A stretch of DNA of 64,000 nucleotides from Candidatus Daviesbacteria bacterium (GTDB lineage: Bacteria; Patescibacteriota; Microgenomatia; Daviesbacterales; UBA10151), in assembly GCA_016195715.1 (NCBI GenBank), contig JACPZA010000031.1, positions 60,336-124,335 of the forward strand, written 5' to 3'. The notes below the pieces were generated by a model that made no database searches, was not told the DNA's origin, and worked only from the letters and a program-made list of their open reading frames with translations. The translations under genes and the position numbers were made by a program. Positions 9,095 through 19,883 of the stretch are shown one piece after another (position 1 is the first letter of the stretch; the number at the start of each line of letters is the position of its first letter).

Positions 9095-11650
9095 ATGTTT
9101 CTGTCCAAATTTAAAAAGCAGCTTGCTGTTTTTTTAAAAAATCAACAAGGTGCAATTCCGCTTTTGGTGCTAGTGGCAGTTTTAGGGCTAGTGGCTTTTT
9201 TGGCTATCTCTTCAACTTTTTCTTTTAGAAATAGTATTTTTTCTAGACTTTTTCCTAAACCCCCCTCTCATGCTGCAAGCAAAAATGGTCCAGTTCAAAG
9301 CATCTATACTCCTGATAATTATGGAGTTAATTATTTTGGTTTTTCAAGTGATGATACCATCCGTGGACAACAACTTGATTTAATCAAGCAAACTGGTGCC
9401 AAATGGGTACGAGGAGTGACCTGTCAATGGCAAAGTATTCAATGGGATCAAAATATGTACAGCAGCAACTTATGGAATTTTGCTGCATGCGATAAAATAG
9501 TCAATGAAATAGTTTCTCGAGGTATGACCCCGCTAATGGCACTCTGGTATTCTTCAAATTCCTGTACCACTGCTCCTTCTAATCCAATTACCCAAATTTC
9601 AGGTTACCCACCCTGTGATAATCAGAAGTTTCATGATTATGTTTATCGAGTGGTCAGCCGTTATGGATCCAATGCCAATGGCATTGTCCCTGATAAAAAT
9701 GACACAGCAGCATATGGACAAAACAAGGTGCATTTTTATGAGCTTGGTAATGAGCCAAACAGACAAAATGCATTTCCGATTGCTGATGGACTTGGTGGGA
9801 CCTATGATGCTACTAATGAGCCAGCCCACCTAGCAGCTAACACTTATGTCTCTCTTTTAAATACTGCCCATGATGCCATCAAAGGATCATCAGGGGCAGA
9901 TGCTGGTTCAAATCTGGTGGTGGCATCAATAAATGCTGGTAATGTTATTGTCCCTAGAACAGATTTCTTAACTGATGTTATAAAGGGCGCTGGGAATAAT
10001 ATTGATATCATGAACCTGCATGTCTATGGTGATCAAAAAAGTTTTGACACCTCGCTATCTCAAGCAAAGCAGGCATATGTAGATGCAGGTATAGCAGAAA
10101 AACCTTATTGGGTGACAGAGAATGGTTATGCTAGTGACTCAACCTTTAAAAGTTTCCCCTTCCCCAGCACTGAACCAGATTTTTATTGCCCAACTGGAAC
10201 TTGTTATCAGCAGCAAGCCAATTATATCAATGAAATGATTCCTTATATGTTCAATTCTGGCGTTTCAAAAGTATTTTGGTTTGCTAGTGTTGATGATCCC
10301 CAAAGCACCAGTCCTGGGTATTGTACTGATAGTTTGATGTATTACCCTGGTTATCAATGTAATCAGAATGGTCCTGCACCATCCTCTGTACCTTTAACCC
10401 AAAAAGATCCTGGGTTTACTGCCTACAAAAATTTAGTTGCCAAGCCAGACCCATTACCTCCAATTACCAGCATGGTTTCTCCAGTAGATGGATCTAGTAT
10501 TTCTGGTGCACTTACTATTTCAGCCACAGCTACAGATAATGTTGGGGTAACTAAAGTGGAGTTTTATGTTGACGGAGGAGATAATAAGGGAGGAACTGGA
10601 CCCTATAAAACTATGACTGCCCCAACCTCAGGCAGCACCTATTCTAATGACCAAAATACATTTACTTTAGTTCAGGGTTCAACCCATACTCTTTATGTTA
10701 AAGCTTATGATGCTGCCGGAAATTTTGCCCAATCTAATACTATCTCCTTTAAAGTAACTGACACTACTGCTCCAGCTGTATCTATTACCTATCCTGCCAG
10801 TTCTACCCCTCCTCTTTCTGGAGGAACAACCATTACAGCTACAGCTACAGATAATATTGCTATAGCTCATGTAGATTTTTATATTGATGGGGCACTTTTA
10901 AGCTCTGATAAAAATCCAGATAGTGGGACAAATAATTATTCAGCATTCTGGGGTTCTGGTACTTTACCTCAAGGTTCAATCCACACCATTTATGCAATAG
11001 CTTATGACACTGCTGCTACCCCAAACCAAACTACCTCCCAAACAATTACAGTCACTACTAATGATTCCTCTAAACCAGTAGTTAGCAATATAGTTCCAAC
11101 CAATTTAGCAACCATCAATTCTGGAATTATAGCTGTTTCTGCTACTGCCACAGATAATGTTGGGGTAACTAAAGTTGAGTTCTGGCAAGACTCAGATTCT
11201 GCACCTTTTGCTACAGATACATCTGCCCCCTACTCTGCTAGTTGGGATGCGACTAATTTAAGTCAAGGAGTTCAACACACTCTAACAGTTAAAGCTTACG
11301 ATGCCCAGGGAAACATTGGTAGTGGAACTTCCAAAGTAACTTTTATTGATACTACAAAGCCAGTAATTTCTAACTTACTACCAGTTAATGGTACTGTTGT
11401 TACTCTGAATGTGACTGTTAATCTTCAAGCTACAGCTACAGATAATGTCAAAATAAAAAATGTGACCTTCTCGGTGGATGGAACTCAGAAATGCTCTGTC
11501 GGATATTCCTCCGCTGTCAATGATGTTTACACCTGCTCTAATTGGAAACCAACTCTAAAATCCCATACTTATAATATTTCAGTGACAGCTAATGACACAG
11601 CCTCCTCAACCAATAGCACAACTAGTACGTATACTTTAAAAACATTATAA
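9095..11650 (+). CDS. Glycoside hydrolase, clan GH-A (GH5-like) catalytic domain + 4 bacterial Ig-like repeats + conserved C-terminal domain
   Basis: The catalytic acid/base motif YELGNEPN and the nucleophile motif WVTENGY are present. Repeats of the type ATATDNVGVTKVEFYVDG (Big-like) follow. There is an N-terminal TM or pilin-like leader. Confidence 0.65.
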   Translation: MFLSKFKKQLAVFLKNQQGAIPLLVLVAVLGLVAFLAISSTFSFRNSIFSRLFPKPPSHAASKNGPVQSIYTPDNYGVNYFGFSSDDTIRGQQLDLIKQTGAKWVRGVTCQWQSIQWDQNMYSSNLWNFAACDKIVNEIVSRGMTPLMALWYSSNSCTTAPSNPITQISGYPPCDNQKFHDYVYRVVSRYGSNANGIVPDKNDTAAYGQNKVHFYELGNEPNRQNAFPIADGLGGTYDATNEPAHLAANTYVSLLNTAHDAIKGSSGADAGSNLVVASINAGNVIVPRTDFLTDVIKGAGNNIDIMNLHVYGDQKSFDTSLSQAKQAYVDAGIAEKPYWVTENGYASDSTFKSFPFPSTEPDFYCPTGTCYQQQANYINEMIPYMFNSGVSKVFWFASVDDPQSTSPGYCTDSLMYYPGYQCNQNGPAPSSVPLTQKDPGFTAYKNLVAKPDPLPPITSMVSPVDGSSISGALTISATATDNVGVTKVEFYVDGGDNKGGTGPYKTMTAPTSGSTYSNDQNTFTLVQGSTHTLYVKAYDAAGNFAQSNTISFKVTDTTAPAVSITYPASSTPPLSGGTTITATATDNIAIAHVDFYIDGALLSSDKNPDSGTNNYSAFWGSGTLPQGSIHTIYAIAYDTAATPNQTTSQTITVTTNDSSKPVVSNIVPTNLATINSGIIAVSATATDNVGVTKVEFWQDSDSAPFATDTSAPYSASWDATNLSQGVQHTLTVKAYDAQGNIGSGTSKVTFIDTTKPVISNLLPVNGTVVTLNVTVNLQATATDNVKIKNVTFSVDGTQKCSVGYSSAVNDVYTCSNWKPTLKSHTYNISVTANDTASSTNSTTSTYTLKTL

Positions 11651-11664
11651 TGAAATAGACTGCC

Positions 11665-13836
11665 ATGCTTAAATTATTAGACCAAAAAGGTGCTATTCCA
11701 CTACTAATACTGATTGCTGGGGTTGGGTTAATTGTTTTTTTAATTATTTCTGCAACTTTTTCCTTCAGGAATCAAACCTTCCAAACTCTTTTTCCCAAAC
11801 CCTCCTCTAAAGCTGCAACACTCTATGGGCCAGATAACTATGGTGTTAATACTGGTATAGCTTTATCTGAAGCAGCTATGCCAGATGTCATGGCAAAAGA
11901 GCATGCTGCAAATATCGGTTGGATTAGATTACTTTGCAATTGGGATAGTATCCAAGCTTCTGATCCAGGACCTGTGCCAAACCCTCCCACTGGTTTAAGT
12001 AATTTTAAATTTAACTCATGCGATGCAAATATGACCAATGTTAAAAATAATTCTTTGCAACCTTTACTTGGATTTTATTATGCTTCAGCATGGTGCAATA
12101 CTGGTGGAGTTGGTTTATCTCAACAAGAAAAGTCTGCTCCTTGTGATTACAATAAATTCTATGACTTTGTTTATCATTTAGTGGCCAGGTATGGATATAC
12201 TGAACACTCTGATTTAAGCCTAACCAAAGCTAATGGTTATGCCCAAGGGATAGTTAAATATTGGGAGATTGGTAATGAACCAGATGCAGACTCTCAACTT
12301 GCTCCAGGTGGAACTGCAATTGAAATTTCTAATAATTATGCTCATATTTTACAAACTGCCCATGATGCTATTAAAGCAGCAGATCCTAATGCTAAGATTT
12401 TAATTGGGGGTTTGGTCATTCAGAGTAAGGCAGACCCAACTTTTTTCCAGGATCTGTTAAACAATACTACCTATCCCAATACCAAAAATAACTTTGATAT
12501 TGGAAACTTTCATACTTATGGAATTAAAACAGAAGCCCAATCTAAGATGAATGAAGTTAGAAATGATTTAGCAGCAGTTGGAGTAACTAAAGATACTTGG
12601 GTAACAGAGAATGGTTATCCTTCTAATCTTGCTCAACAAAATCTCCTATCTGATGCCAGGCTAGAAGCTAATTATGGAACAGATGTGCAAGGTCAAGTTA
12701 ATTATATGAATGATTTAAGGCCTTATATTTTAAAAGACTTGGGAGCTAAAAAAGTCTTTTGGTATACCAGTTTAGATGACCCTTCAGACAGTACTTCTTT
12801 TTGCAGCCATGGTTTATTTTATTACAATGGTTACCAGTGCAACCAAGCAGTTTTGCCATCTCCTGCTCCTGTAGAAACTGCTAAACCTGCTTTTGATACT
12901 TATAAAAATATTATTGCTGGAACTGATACCACTCTTCCAACTGTTTCAATGAGTCCTCTTCCTCAATATGTAACTGGCAATGTAACTTTAACAGCCAATG
13001 CTTCAGATAATATTTGGGTTTATAAAGTGGAGATTTATGTTGATGGCATAATGCAAACTGATAATAGTGGCAATCCAGATTTTTATGCACCATTTACAGA
13101 TTCTTGGCCTACAGGAACTTTAGTTCAAGGAAGCAGTCATTCTATTTATGCCAAAGCTTATGATGAAAATTTTAATATGACCCAATCTGCTCCTATCACC
13201 ACAGTTATCCAAGACACTAGTAACCCCACTATTTCTATTAACTCGCCAGTTGGAGGAAGTACTGTGACTGGAATAGTTCCTATAAGTACAACATCTTCTG
13301 ATAATGTTGGAGTAACTAAGGTAGAATTTTATTTGGATAGTTCCACCACCCCTTTTGCAACTAATTCTAACCCTTCCCCTGCTCCTTCACCTACCACTTT
13401 TAATACCACTGCTAATTGGAATTCAACCACCTTACCTCCAGACCAGCAAGGTATTTACCACACAATAGCTGTTAAAGCTTATGATGCTTATGGAAATATA
13501 AGTTTACAGCCCTCAGTCAGGGTGAAATTAGCTGATACCACTAAACCTACTTTGAGCAATTTGCTGCCTATAAATGGGACAATTATTACTGTTGGTATTT
13601 ATGCAACTTTGCAGGCTACAGCTACAGATAATGTAAGAATACTTAATGTGACCTTTTCAATTGATGGAACGCAACAGTGCTCAAAGGGTTACAGTACTGC
13701 AATCAATGATGTTTACAGTTGTACAAACTGGAAGCCAACTTTACACAACCATACCTATACTATTTCAGTTACAGCTAATGACACAGCTTCACCAGCCAAC
13801 AGCACTACTCAAACTTTTACCCTAAAAACTTTATAA
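11665..13836 (+). CDS. Glycoside hydrolase, clan GH-A (GH5-like), tandem paralog of 9095..11650
   Basis: WEIGNEPD and WVTENGY motifs are present, with Big-like repeats. The C-terminal ~100 aa are nearly identical to the upstream paralog (..LQATATDNV(K/R)I.NVTFS(V/I)DGTQ.CS.GYS.A(V/I)NDVY.C.NWKPTL..HTY.ISVTANDTAS..NSTT.T(Y/F)TLKTL). Confidence 0.65.
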   Translation: MLKLLDQKGAIPLLILIAGVGLIVFLIISATFSFRNQTFQTLFPKPSSKAATLYGPDNYGVNTGIALSEAAMPDVMAKEHAANIGWIRLLCNWDSIQASDPGPVPNPPTGLSNFKFNSCDANMTNVKNNSLQPLLGFYYASAWCNTGGVGLSQQEKSAPCDYNKFYDFVYHLVARYGYTEHSDLSLTKANGYAQGIVKYWEIGNEPDADSQLAPGGTAIEISNNYAHILQTAHDAIKAADPNAKILIGGLVIQSKADPTFFQDLLNNTTYPNTKNNFDIGNFHTYGIKTEAQSKMNEVRNDLAAVGVTKDTWVTENGYPSNLAQQNLLSDARLEANYGTDVQGQVNYMNDLRPYILKDLGAKKVFWYTSLDDPSDSTSFCSHGLFYYNGYQCNQAVLPSPAPVETAKPAFDTYKNIIAGTDTTLPTVSMSPLPQYVTGNVTLTANASDNIWVYKVEIYVDGIMQTDNSGNPDFYAPFTDSWPTGTLVQGSSHSIYAKAYDENFNMTQSAPITTVIQDTSNPTISINSPVGGSTVTGIVPISTTSSDNVGVTKVEFYLDSSTTPFATNSNPSPAPSPTTFNTTANWNSTTLPPDQQGIYHTIAVKAYDAYGNISLQPSVRVKLADTTKPTLSNLLPINGTIITVGIYATLQATATDNVRILNVTFSIDGTQQCSKGYSTAINDVYSCTNWKPTLHNHTYTISVTANDTASPANSTTQTFTLKTL

Positions 13837-13838
13837 AT

Positions 13839-14051
13839 CTATAAAGGTTTTCCGGCTAGACCATATTGGAGGAAATCAGGAGCAAAGCCAATGGCTTGAT
13901 AGGGCCAGGTTAAAATTACTACATAAAATCCAGGACTAAAGTAAGCAAATGGACTCCAATGATAAAAAAAGGCAAAAGCAAAGGCAAAAATAATTCCTAT
14001 CACAAAATAAATTGAAGCAAAAATTGGAATTTTTTTTTCAATTTTATTCAT
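13839..14051 (-). CDS. Small hypothetical membrane protein
   Basis: A 70-aa ORF with two hydrophobic helices overlaps the gyrA start by 8 nt. There is no recognisable family. Confidence 0.2.
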   Translation of the reverse strand: MNKIEKKIPIFASIYFVIGIIFAFAFAFFYHWSPFAYFSPGFYVVILTWPYQAIGFAPDFLQYGLAGKPL

Positions 14052-16641
14052 TATTAGTTTTTTCTTTAGAAGATACTACTGTTGCAGCAGCTACATTTTC
14101 TCCGCTTCTAACTCTCATTAATATTACACCTTGGGTTTGTCTTTGCAGCGTTGGAACATCTTTTAGATTGAGTTTAATCAGTTGACCTTTATTGGATGTT
14201 AATATCAAAGTATCAGCTTCTGAGTCAACTACTTGAGCGGTAACAATTTTGCCAGTTTTTTCGGTAACTTGAGCAGCTTTAATTCCATTGCCTCCCCTGC
14301 CTTGTCTTTTCCAAGCTGAGATCAAAGTTTTTTTACCTAACCCCTTTTCCATAATTACTAAAACCTCAGCTTTAGGATCATTAACTAAATTCATAGAAAC
14401 AACCTCATCATCTTTTCCCAGCATAATCCCTCTTACGCCAGACGTATCTCGATGGGTTGGTCTGACTTGAGATTCTCCAAATCTAATAGACTGACCATGA
14501 TAAGAGACAATAATGACATCATCTTGCCCAGTTGTGGGGACAACCCAACGCAGTTCATCACCTTTATCTAATTTAATTGAGATTAAACCATTTTTTCTAA
14601 TATTGGCATACTCACTAATTTGGGTTTTTTTAACATTCCCTTGTCTGGTACACATAAATAAAAATTTAGTCACATCTTTGGCGCGGGATGTTAAAATAGC
14701 AGTAATTTTTTCACCTTGATCAACATTAATTAAATTAACAATTGCTTGACCTTTAGCCACTCGAGAAGTTTCTGGAATCTCCCAAACTTTAATTTGAAAA
14801 ACTCTACCTCGATCTGTAAAAAATAATAAATTATCTAGCGTTTTGGTATAGAAAATATGAGAAACTGCATCTTCTTCTTTGGTAGTTATTCCTGAGACTC
14901 CTTTACCGCCTCTATTTTGAGTTCTAAAACTCATTGGAGATTGACGCTTGACATATCCGCCTTCTGTAACCGTGACGATCGTTACCTCATCTGCAACTAA
15001 ATCTTCTTCAGAAAATTCCCCTACTTTTTGTTTGTAAACTCGAGTTTTTCTCTCATCGCCGTAGCGTTCTTTAATTTTTAATAACTCATCTTTGATAACT
15101 TTTAAGATTTTTTCTGGGTGAGAAAGTAAGTCTTCTAAATAAGTAATTAATTCTCTAATCATTTTTAACTCATCTTCAATTTTTTGCCTCTCCAACGCTG
15201 CTAAACGGCGAAGCTGCATATCTAAAATTGCTACAGCTTGAAGTTCAGTTAATTTAAATTTGCTTATTAATGCAACTTTAGCTTCATCTGCGTCTTTGCT
15301 TTTTCTAATGGTATTAATAACTTCATCAATGTTATCAACTGCAATTTTTAAACCTTCTAAAATATGTTCTCTGGCTTTGGCTTCTGCTAGTTCAAATTCT
15401 GATCTTCTTATAACAATAACTTGGCGATGATGAATAAACTCTTCCAAAACTCGCTTTAAAGTCATTAAGTGGGGTACACCATCCGAGAGCGCTACCATGT
15501 TGACATTAAAAACAGATTGCAGGGCTGTGTGTTTATATAAATTATTTAAAACTGATTGGGGCTTGCCATCTCTTTTTAGTTCAATTACCACTCTCATTCC
15601 TTTGCGATCTGATTCATCTCTTAAATCTGAGATTCCATCAATCTTTTTCTCTTTGACTAAATCTGCAATTCTAGCAATTAAAGTGGCTTTATTAACCTGA
15701 TAAGGCAGTTCAGTAACTATAATGTCAAATCTGCCACCTTTGGTTTCTTCAATCTCAGCTTTGGCGCGCATCACAATCCTCCCTTTACCTGTAGCATAGG
15801 CTGCTAAAATTTCACTATGATCGTAAATTGATGCACCTGTTGGAAAATCTGGTCCTTTAATAAATTTCATTAAATCCTCAACAGTCGCTTCAGAAGAAAA
15901 AGTATCAGAATGCCTCTGTTCAGGGTCCTGTCCCTTCGGTTTCTCAAATCTATCCTTCGACTCAATGTCTTCGATCAAAGTCTGCGGTACGTTTTGAGAG
16001 CTCTCCTTCGGGCCACCCTTCACAATAGTTGGATTCTCAATCAGGTGAATCAAAGCATCAGTGACTTCACCTAAATTGTGTGGAGGGATTTGAGTAGCCA
16101 TTCCAACAGCAATTCCAGATGCGCCGTTAAGTAATAAATTAGGGATGACTGCAGGGAGTAAAGTTGGTTCCTCCGTTGTCCCAGAGTAATTATCAATAAA
16201 ATTAACAGTATTTTTATTAATGTCGCGAAGCAGCTCATCTGCAATCGCTGAAAGTCTGGCTTCGGTATACCTCATAGCAGCAGGTGAATCTCCATCAACT
16301 GATCCAAAGTTTCCCTGACCATCAACTAAAGGATATCTCATGGAAAAATCTTGGGCCATTCTGACCATGGCTTCATAAACTGGTGCATCACCGTGGGGGT
16401 GATAATTTTTTAAAACTTCTCCAACTACCGCTGCAGATTTTTGATAACGGCTAGTGTGATGCAGATTTTGTTGCTGCATGGCATAGATAATTCGCCGCTG
16501 AACTGGTTTTAGGCCATCTCTAACATCAGGCAGAGCGCGGGATACAATCACTGACATGGCATAATCTAAGTAGGATTTTTGCATCTCATCTGTTAAAGAT
16601 ACTGGTTCAATCTTACCGATGTTAGTTGGTTTGTTATCCAT
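14044..16641 (-). CDS. gyrA: DNA gyrase subunit A, with ~45-aa GC-rich insertion before the GPDFPT loop
   Basis: Motifs AMRYTEARL (catalytic Tyr), GPDFPT and the C-terminal beta-pinwheel repeats are present. The inserted segment [44 protein letters not shown] is encoded by GC-rich DNA at 15895-16030. Confidence 0.95.
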   Translation of the reverse strand: MDNKPTNIGKIEPVSLTDEMQKSYLDYAMSVIVSRALPDVRDGLKPVQRRIIYAMQQQNLHHTSRYQKSAAVVGEVLKNYHPHGDAPVYEAMVRMAQDFSMRYPLVDGQGNFGSVDGDSPAAMRYTEARLSAIADELLRDINKNTVNFIDNYSGTTEEPTLLPAVIPNLLLNGASGIAVGMATQIPPHNLGEVTDALIHLIENPTIVKGGPKESSQNVPQTLIEDIESKDRFEKPKGQDPEQRHSDTFSSEATVEDLMKFIKGPDFPTGASIYDHSEILAAYATGKGRIVMRAKAEIEETKGGRFDIIVTELPYQVNKATLIARIADLVKEKKIDGISDLRDESDRKGMRVVIELKRDGKPQSVLNNLYKHTALQSVFNVNMVALSDGVPHLMTLKRVLEEFIHHRQVIVIRRSEFELAEAKAREHILEGLKIAVDNIDEVINTIRKSKDADEAKVALISKFKLTELQAVAILDMQLRRLAALERQKIEDELKMIRELITYLEDLLSHPEKILKVIKDELLKIKERYGDERKTRVYKQKVGEFSEEDLVADEVTIVTVTEGGYVKRQSPMSFRTQNRGGKGVSGITTKEEDAVSHIFYTKTLDNLLFFTDRGRVFQIKVWEIPETSRVAKGQAIVNLINVDQGEKITAILTSRAKDVTKFLFMCTRQGNVKKTQISEYANIRKNGLISIKLDKGDELRWVVPTTGQDDVIIVSYHGQSIRFGESQVRPTHRDTSGVRGIMLGKDDEVVSMNLVNDPKAEVLVIMEKGLGKKTLISAWKRQGRGGNGIKAAQVTEKTGKIVTAQVVDSEADTLILTSNKGQLIKLNLKDVPTLQRQTQGVILMRVRSGENVAAATVVSSKEKTNNE

Positions 16642-16652
16642 AAGAAGATCTA

Positions 16653-16676
16653 AAAAACCCCTTTTAGGGCTCTATA
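16653..16676 (-). terminator. Rho-independent terminator for the upstream minus-strand gene
   Basis: The minus strand reads GAGCCCUAAAAGGGGUUUUUU, a short GC stem followed by U6. A TATAAT element for gyrA lies just downstream. Confidence 0.4.
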
Positions 16677-16717
16677 ATTATACTGTTTTTAAGGCTAAAG
16701 AAGCAAGGTTGATTCGT

Positions 16718-17368
16718 TTATCCATTTATAACAATACCTCTTTGTGCAAAGAATTTTTTAAAATCTGAGAAAAAAATTTCAGTATTTGGTTTGGTAAATT
16801 TTGTATCACCAGATGGGTTGTGAATATAAAAAACTTTTTTATTAAAATCAAATCCAGTGATTAAAACTAAATGACCACCACTGCCTATTTTGGTTGGGTT
16901 ACTTTGAGGATTTCGGATTTGAGAACTAACTGATGCAATTACATAATTTTTGTTAACTAAGTTTTCAATGATTTCTTCTAAAACCATTGGTGAGATAATT
17001 TTTCCTTCTAAATTAAATTCTTTATAAATAAAATTTAAAAATGGTTTGTAAAATAAACCATCTAAGCCATCTGGACTGCTTTTATTTTCAATAAAACCCC
17101 CATACTCAATGCATTTTTCACCAAGTTTAAAAATGGGAATGTTTTTATTTAATTTATGAACTAGAATCATTTTCAAACAAGCCATCCCACAACCATTCTT
17201 GCTCCAAAGTTCTTTTTCTTTTTGAGTTTTTGCTCCAGTATCACCTTGTTTAAAGTAAGGGATATTAATTAAGTTGGAATTTATAGAAGGATTATAGAAA
17301 AAATACCTAAACTTTTTGCTAAATAAAATTAAATGCCAAAGTAGCTTTCTGAAGTTATGTATTTCCAT
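16718..17368 (-). CDS. Papain-like cysteine peptidase domain protein (peptidase C39-like)
   Basis: A Cys motif (NGCGMACLKMIL) and a downstream His motif (GGHLVLITGFD) fit the C39_2 fold pattern. The assignment is not certain. Confidence 0.4.
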   Translation of the reverse strand: MEIHNFRKLLWHLILFSKKFRYFFYNPSINSNLINIPYFKQGDTGAKTQKEKELWSKNGCGMACLKMILVHKLNKNIPIFKLGEKCIEYGGFIENKSSPDGLDGLFYKPFLNFIYKEFNLEGKIISPMVLEEIIENLVNKNYVIASVSSQIRNPQSNPTKIGSGGHLVLITGFDFNKKVFYIHNPSGDTKFTKPNTEIFFSDFKKFFAQRGIVING

Positions 17369-17419
17369 ATTATTACACCTCGGAGGTATATTTAGGTTTA
17401 CACCTTGGGATAGTCATCA

Positions 17420-18574
17420 TTATTTAACTTCAAAAGATGTTTTTAATTTTTGATCTCTTTGGTGCCTCTCTAAAGCCAGTTGGATTAATCTATCAATCAA
17501 TTCTGAGTAAGAAATTCCAGATGCTTCCCAGAGTTTAGGGTACATAGAAATTTTAGTAAAACCTGGAATAGTATTTATCTCATTTATTAAAACTTGCCCA
17601 TTTTCTTTTAAGAAACAATCTACTCTAGCCATGCCTTCACAACAAAGAGCTTGAAAAGTTTTGATAGCTAAATTCTGAACCCTTTTTAAAGTTTGACTAG
17701 AAATTTTTGCTGGGATTTCTAGTTTAGCTCCTAATTCATCAATATACTTGGCTTCGTAAGAATAAAATTCATGAGAGGGAATAATTTCACCTGCTACTGA
17801 AGCAATTGGCTTTTCATTGCCCAAAACTGAAACCTCTATTTCCCTTGCTTTAATAGCCTCTTCAATTAAAATTTTATTGTCATATAAAAAAGCCTTTTTA
17901 ATTGCCTTATTAAAATCCTTTTTAGAAGAAGCTTTAGACACTCCAACAGAAGAACCAAGATTAGCAGGTTTAATAAAAACAGGTAAGCCTAATTGGTTTT
18001 TAACCATATCAAATAACTTGTCATTCTGATGAGCCTCTGGCTCAGAAGAATATATATCCTTCACTTCGTTCAGGATGACATCATTTCTGTGAACCACAAT
18101 AAACTTTGCTACAGGAATATCAGCAGCTTTTAATAATCTTTTCATCACATCTTTATCCATACCAATTGCTGAACCCAAAACTGATGCTCCAACAAAAGGT
18201 AAGTTAGCTAGCTTTAATAGTCCTTGAATTGTGCCATCTTCTCCAAAAGGTCCATGCAAACTCACAAAAACTACATCAATTGATTGAGCTTGTAAATTTT
18301 TTCCAGACTCTATTAACTGATGATTTTGGTGACCAGAAAGTAGAGCTACTTCTTTGCTGGAAGCATTTAAAGAGATCAATTTGGGATTAGTTTCATTGAG
18401 CAAAAAATTAGCAGAATCTGTTTTTAACCACCTACCTTGTTTATCAATTCCTATCAAAATGGGTTGATACTTTTCTTTATCTAAGGTAGAGATTATATTC
18501 TTTGCAGATTGTAAAGAGACCTCATGTTCTGCTGATCTCCCTCCAAAAATAACTGCTACCTTTAGCTTTTTCAT
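17420..18574 (-). CDS. ddl: D-alanine--D-alanine ligase
   Basis: The N-terminus reads MKKLKVAVIFGGRSAEHEVSLQSA and the ATP-grasp C-terminus contains LGNEKP...INTIPGFT. Confidence 0.9.
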   Translation of the reverse strand: MKKLKVAVIFGGRSAEHEVSLQSAKNIISTLDKEKYQPILIGIDKQGRWLKTDSANFLLNETNPKLISLNASSKEVALLSGHQNHQLIESGKNLQAQSIDVVFVSLHGPFGEDGTIQGLLKLANLPFVGASVLGSAIGMDKDVMKRLLKAADIPVAKFIVVHRNDVILNEVKDIYSSEPEAHQNDKLFDMVKNQLGLPVFIKPANLGSSVGVSKASSKKDFNKAIKKAFLYDNKILIEEAIKAREIEVSVLGNEKPIASVAGEIIPSHEFYSYEAKYIDELGAKLEIPAKISSQTLKRVQNLAIKTFQALCCEGMARVDCFLKENGQVLINEINTIPGFTKISMYPKLWEASGISYSELIDRLIQLALERHQRDQKLKTSFEVK

Positions 18575-19881
18575 CCAAAAACTTTTTCTACAGCTGCATT
18601 AAATTTTCTTCCCCTATCAAATTCATTTTGGAAAAAATTAAAAGAGGTGGCACCAGGAGCAAAGACTATTATATCTTTTGATTTGGCATGTTTTTTTACA
18701 TCACTTAGCAATCTTTCCAAATTATCATAAGTACCCTCTACTTTTTTTCCATCTCTTAGATATTTTTTTATTTGATCAGTTGCAGTTCCATCAATAAAGA
18801 ACACCAGCTTGGCTGTTTTATCTATCTGACTTGCAAAATCTTTATAATCTAAACCTTTATCTAAACCCCCAGCAATTAAAATACAGTTAGGAAAACTTTT
18901 AAGCGCCTCAATTGCCGGAACTGGATTAGTTGCAGCTGAATCATTATAAATTTTTAAACCATTAACTTCTTTAACTAGTTGTAGCCTAAACTCTACACCT
19001 TTGAATTGCTTGACAGCTTCTAGAGCTTTTTTTTGATTAACCCCTAAAGTTTTAAGAACAGCTAAAGCTGCTGCAATATTATTTAAATTGTGACCCCCTT
19101 TAATAGTTGGAGAAAAATCAGCTGGCAAATCATCCTTATCAAAAAAAATAGGTTTAGCTTTTAATCCAACTAAAAAATCTTTAGAAATTGTAACTTGATC
19201 ATTTTTCCAAAGAAATAAATAATCAAATTTTCTTTGATATTTGGCAATAATTTTTTTTGAATAAATATAGTCTTGCATAGATTGATAATAATCCAGATGA
19301 TCAGGATAAATATTAGTTATTACTGCCCATTTTGGAGAAAGTTGGTGTTCATCAAAGCTTTCCAGCTGAAAAGAAGATAGCTCAAGAACTACTAAATGAT
19401 TTGGTTTTAAATATTCAACAGTATCTAAAACACTCTTACCAATATTTCCTGCAAATAAAACTTTCTTGCCTGCAGTTTTTAAGATCTCATAAATCAGTGA
19501 AGAAGTTGTGGATTTGCCCTTTGTACCAGTAACTCCAATAATTTGGGATGGCTTAATAAATTGCAAAAAAATTCCCATGTCCATCTCAACTTGCTTACCC
19601 TTTTCTTTAGCGTATCTTAGGAAGGGATTATTTGGTGTCAGTTTGGGATTTCTAATTATTAAATCTGCCCAATCAATATCTTCATTTTTATGCTCACCTA
19701 AATGATATTTGATATTTTTAAACTGTTTTAATTGATCAAGTGAAGGTTTTAGTTGCTCTTTTGTTTTTAAATCAGTCACTAAAACTAAAGCTCCAGCTTT
19801 GGCAAAAAATTTGGCAGATCCAACTCCACCTTGATTTAAGCCTAAACCTAGAATTAGTACCTTAGTGTTTTTATAATTCAT
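18571..19881 (-). CDS. murD: UDP-N-acetylmuramoylalanine--D-glutamate ligase
   Basis: The Mur ligase P-loop GVTGTKGKSTT is present, with the N-terminal Rossmann motif VLILGLGLNQGGVGSAKFF. The stop overlaps the ddl start. Confidence 0.85.
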   Translation of the reverse strand: MNYKNTKVLILGLGLNQGGVGSAKFFAKAGALVLVTDLKTKEQLKPSLDQLKQFKNIKYHLGEHKNEDIDWADLIIRNPKLTPNNPFLRYAKEKGKQVEMDMGIFLQFIKPSQIIGVTGTKGKSTTSSLIYEILKTAGKKVLFAGNIGKSVLDTVEYLKPNHLVVLELSSFQLESFDEHQLSPKWAVITNIYPDHLDYYQSMQDYIYSKKIIAKYQRKFDYLFLWKNDQVTISKDFLVGLKAKPIFFDKDDLPADFSPTIKGGHNLNNIAAALAVLKTLGVNQKKALEAVKQFKGVEFRLQLVKEVNGLKIYNDSAATNPVPAIEALKSFPNCILIAGGLDKGLDYKDFASQIDKTAKLVFFIDGTATDQIKKYLRDGKKVEGTYDNLERLLSDVKKHAKSKDIIVFAPGATSFNFFQNEFDRGRKFNAAVEKVFG

Positions 19882-19883
19882 AT

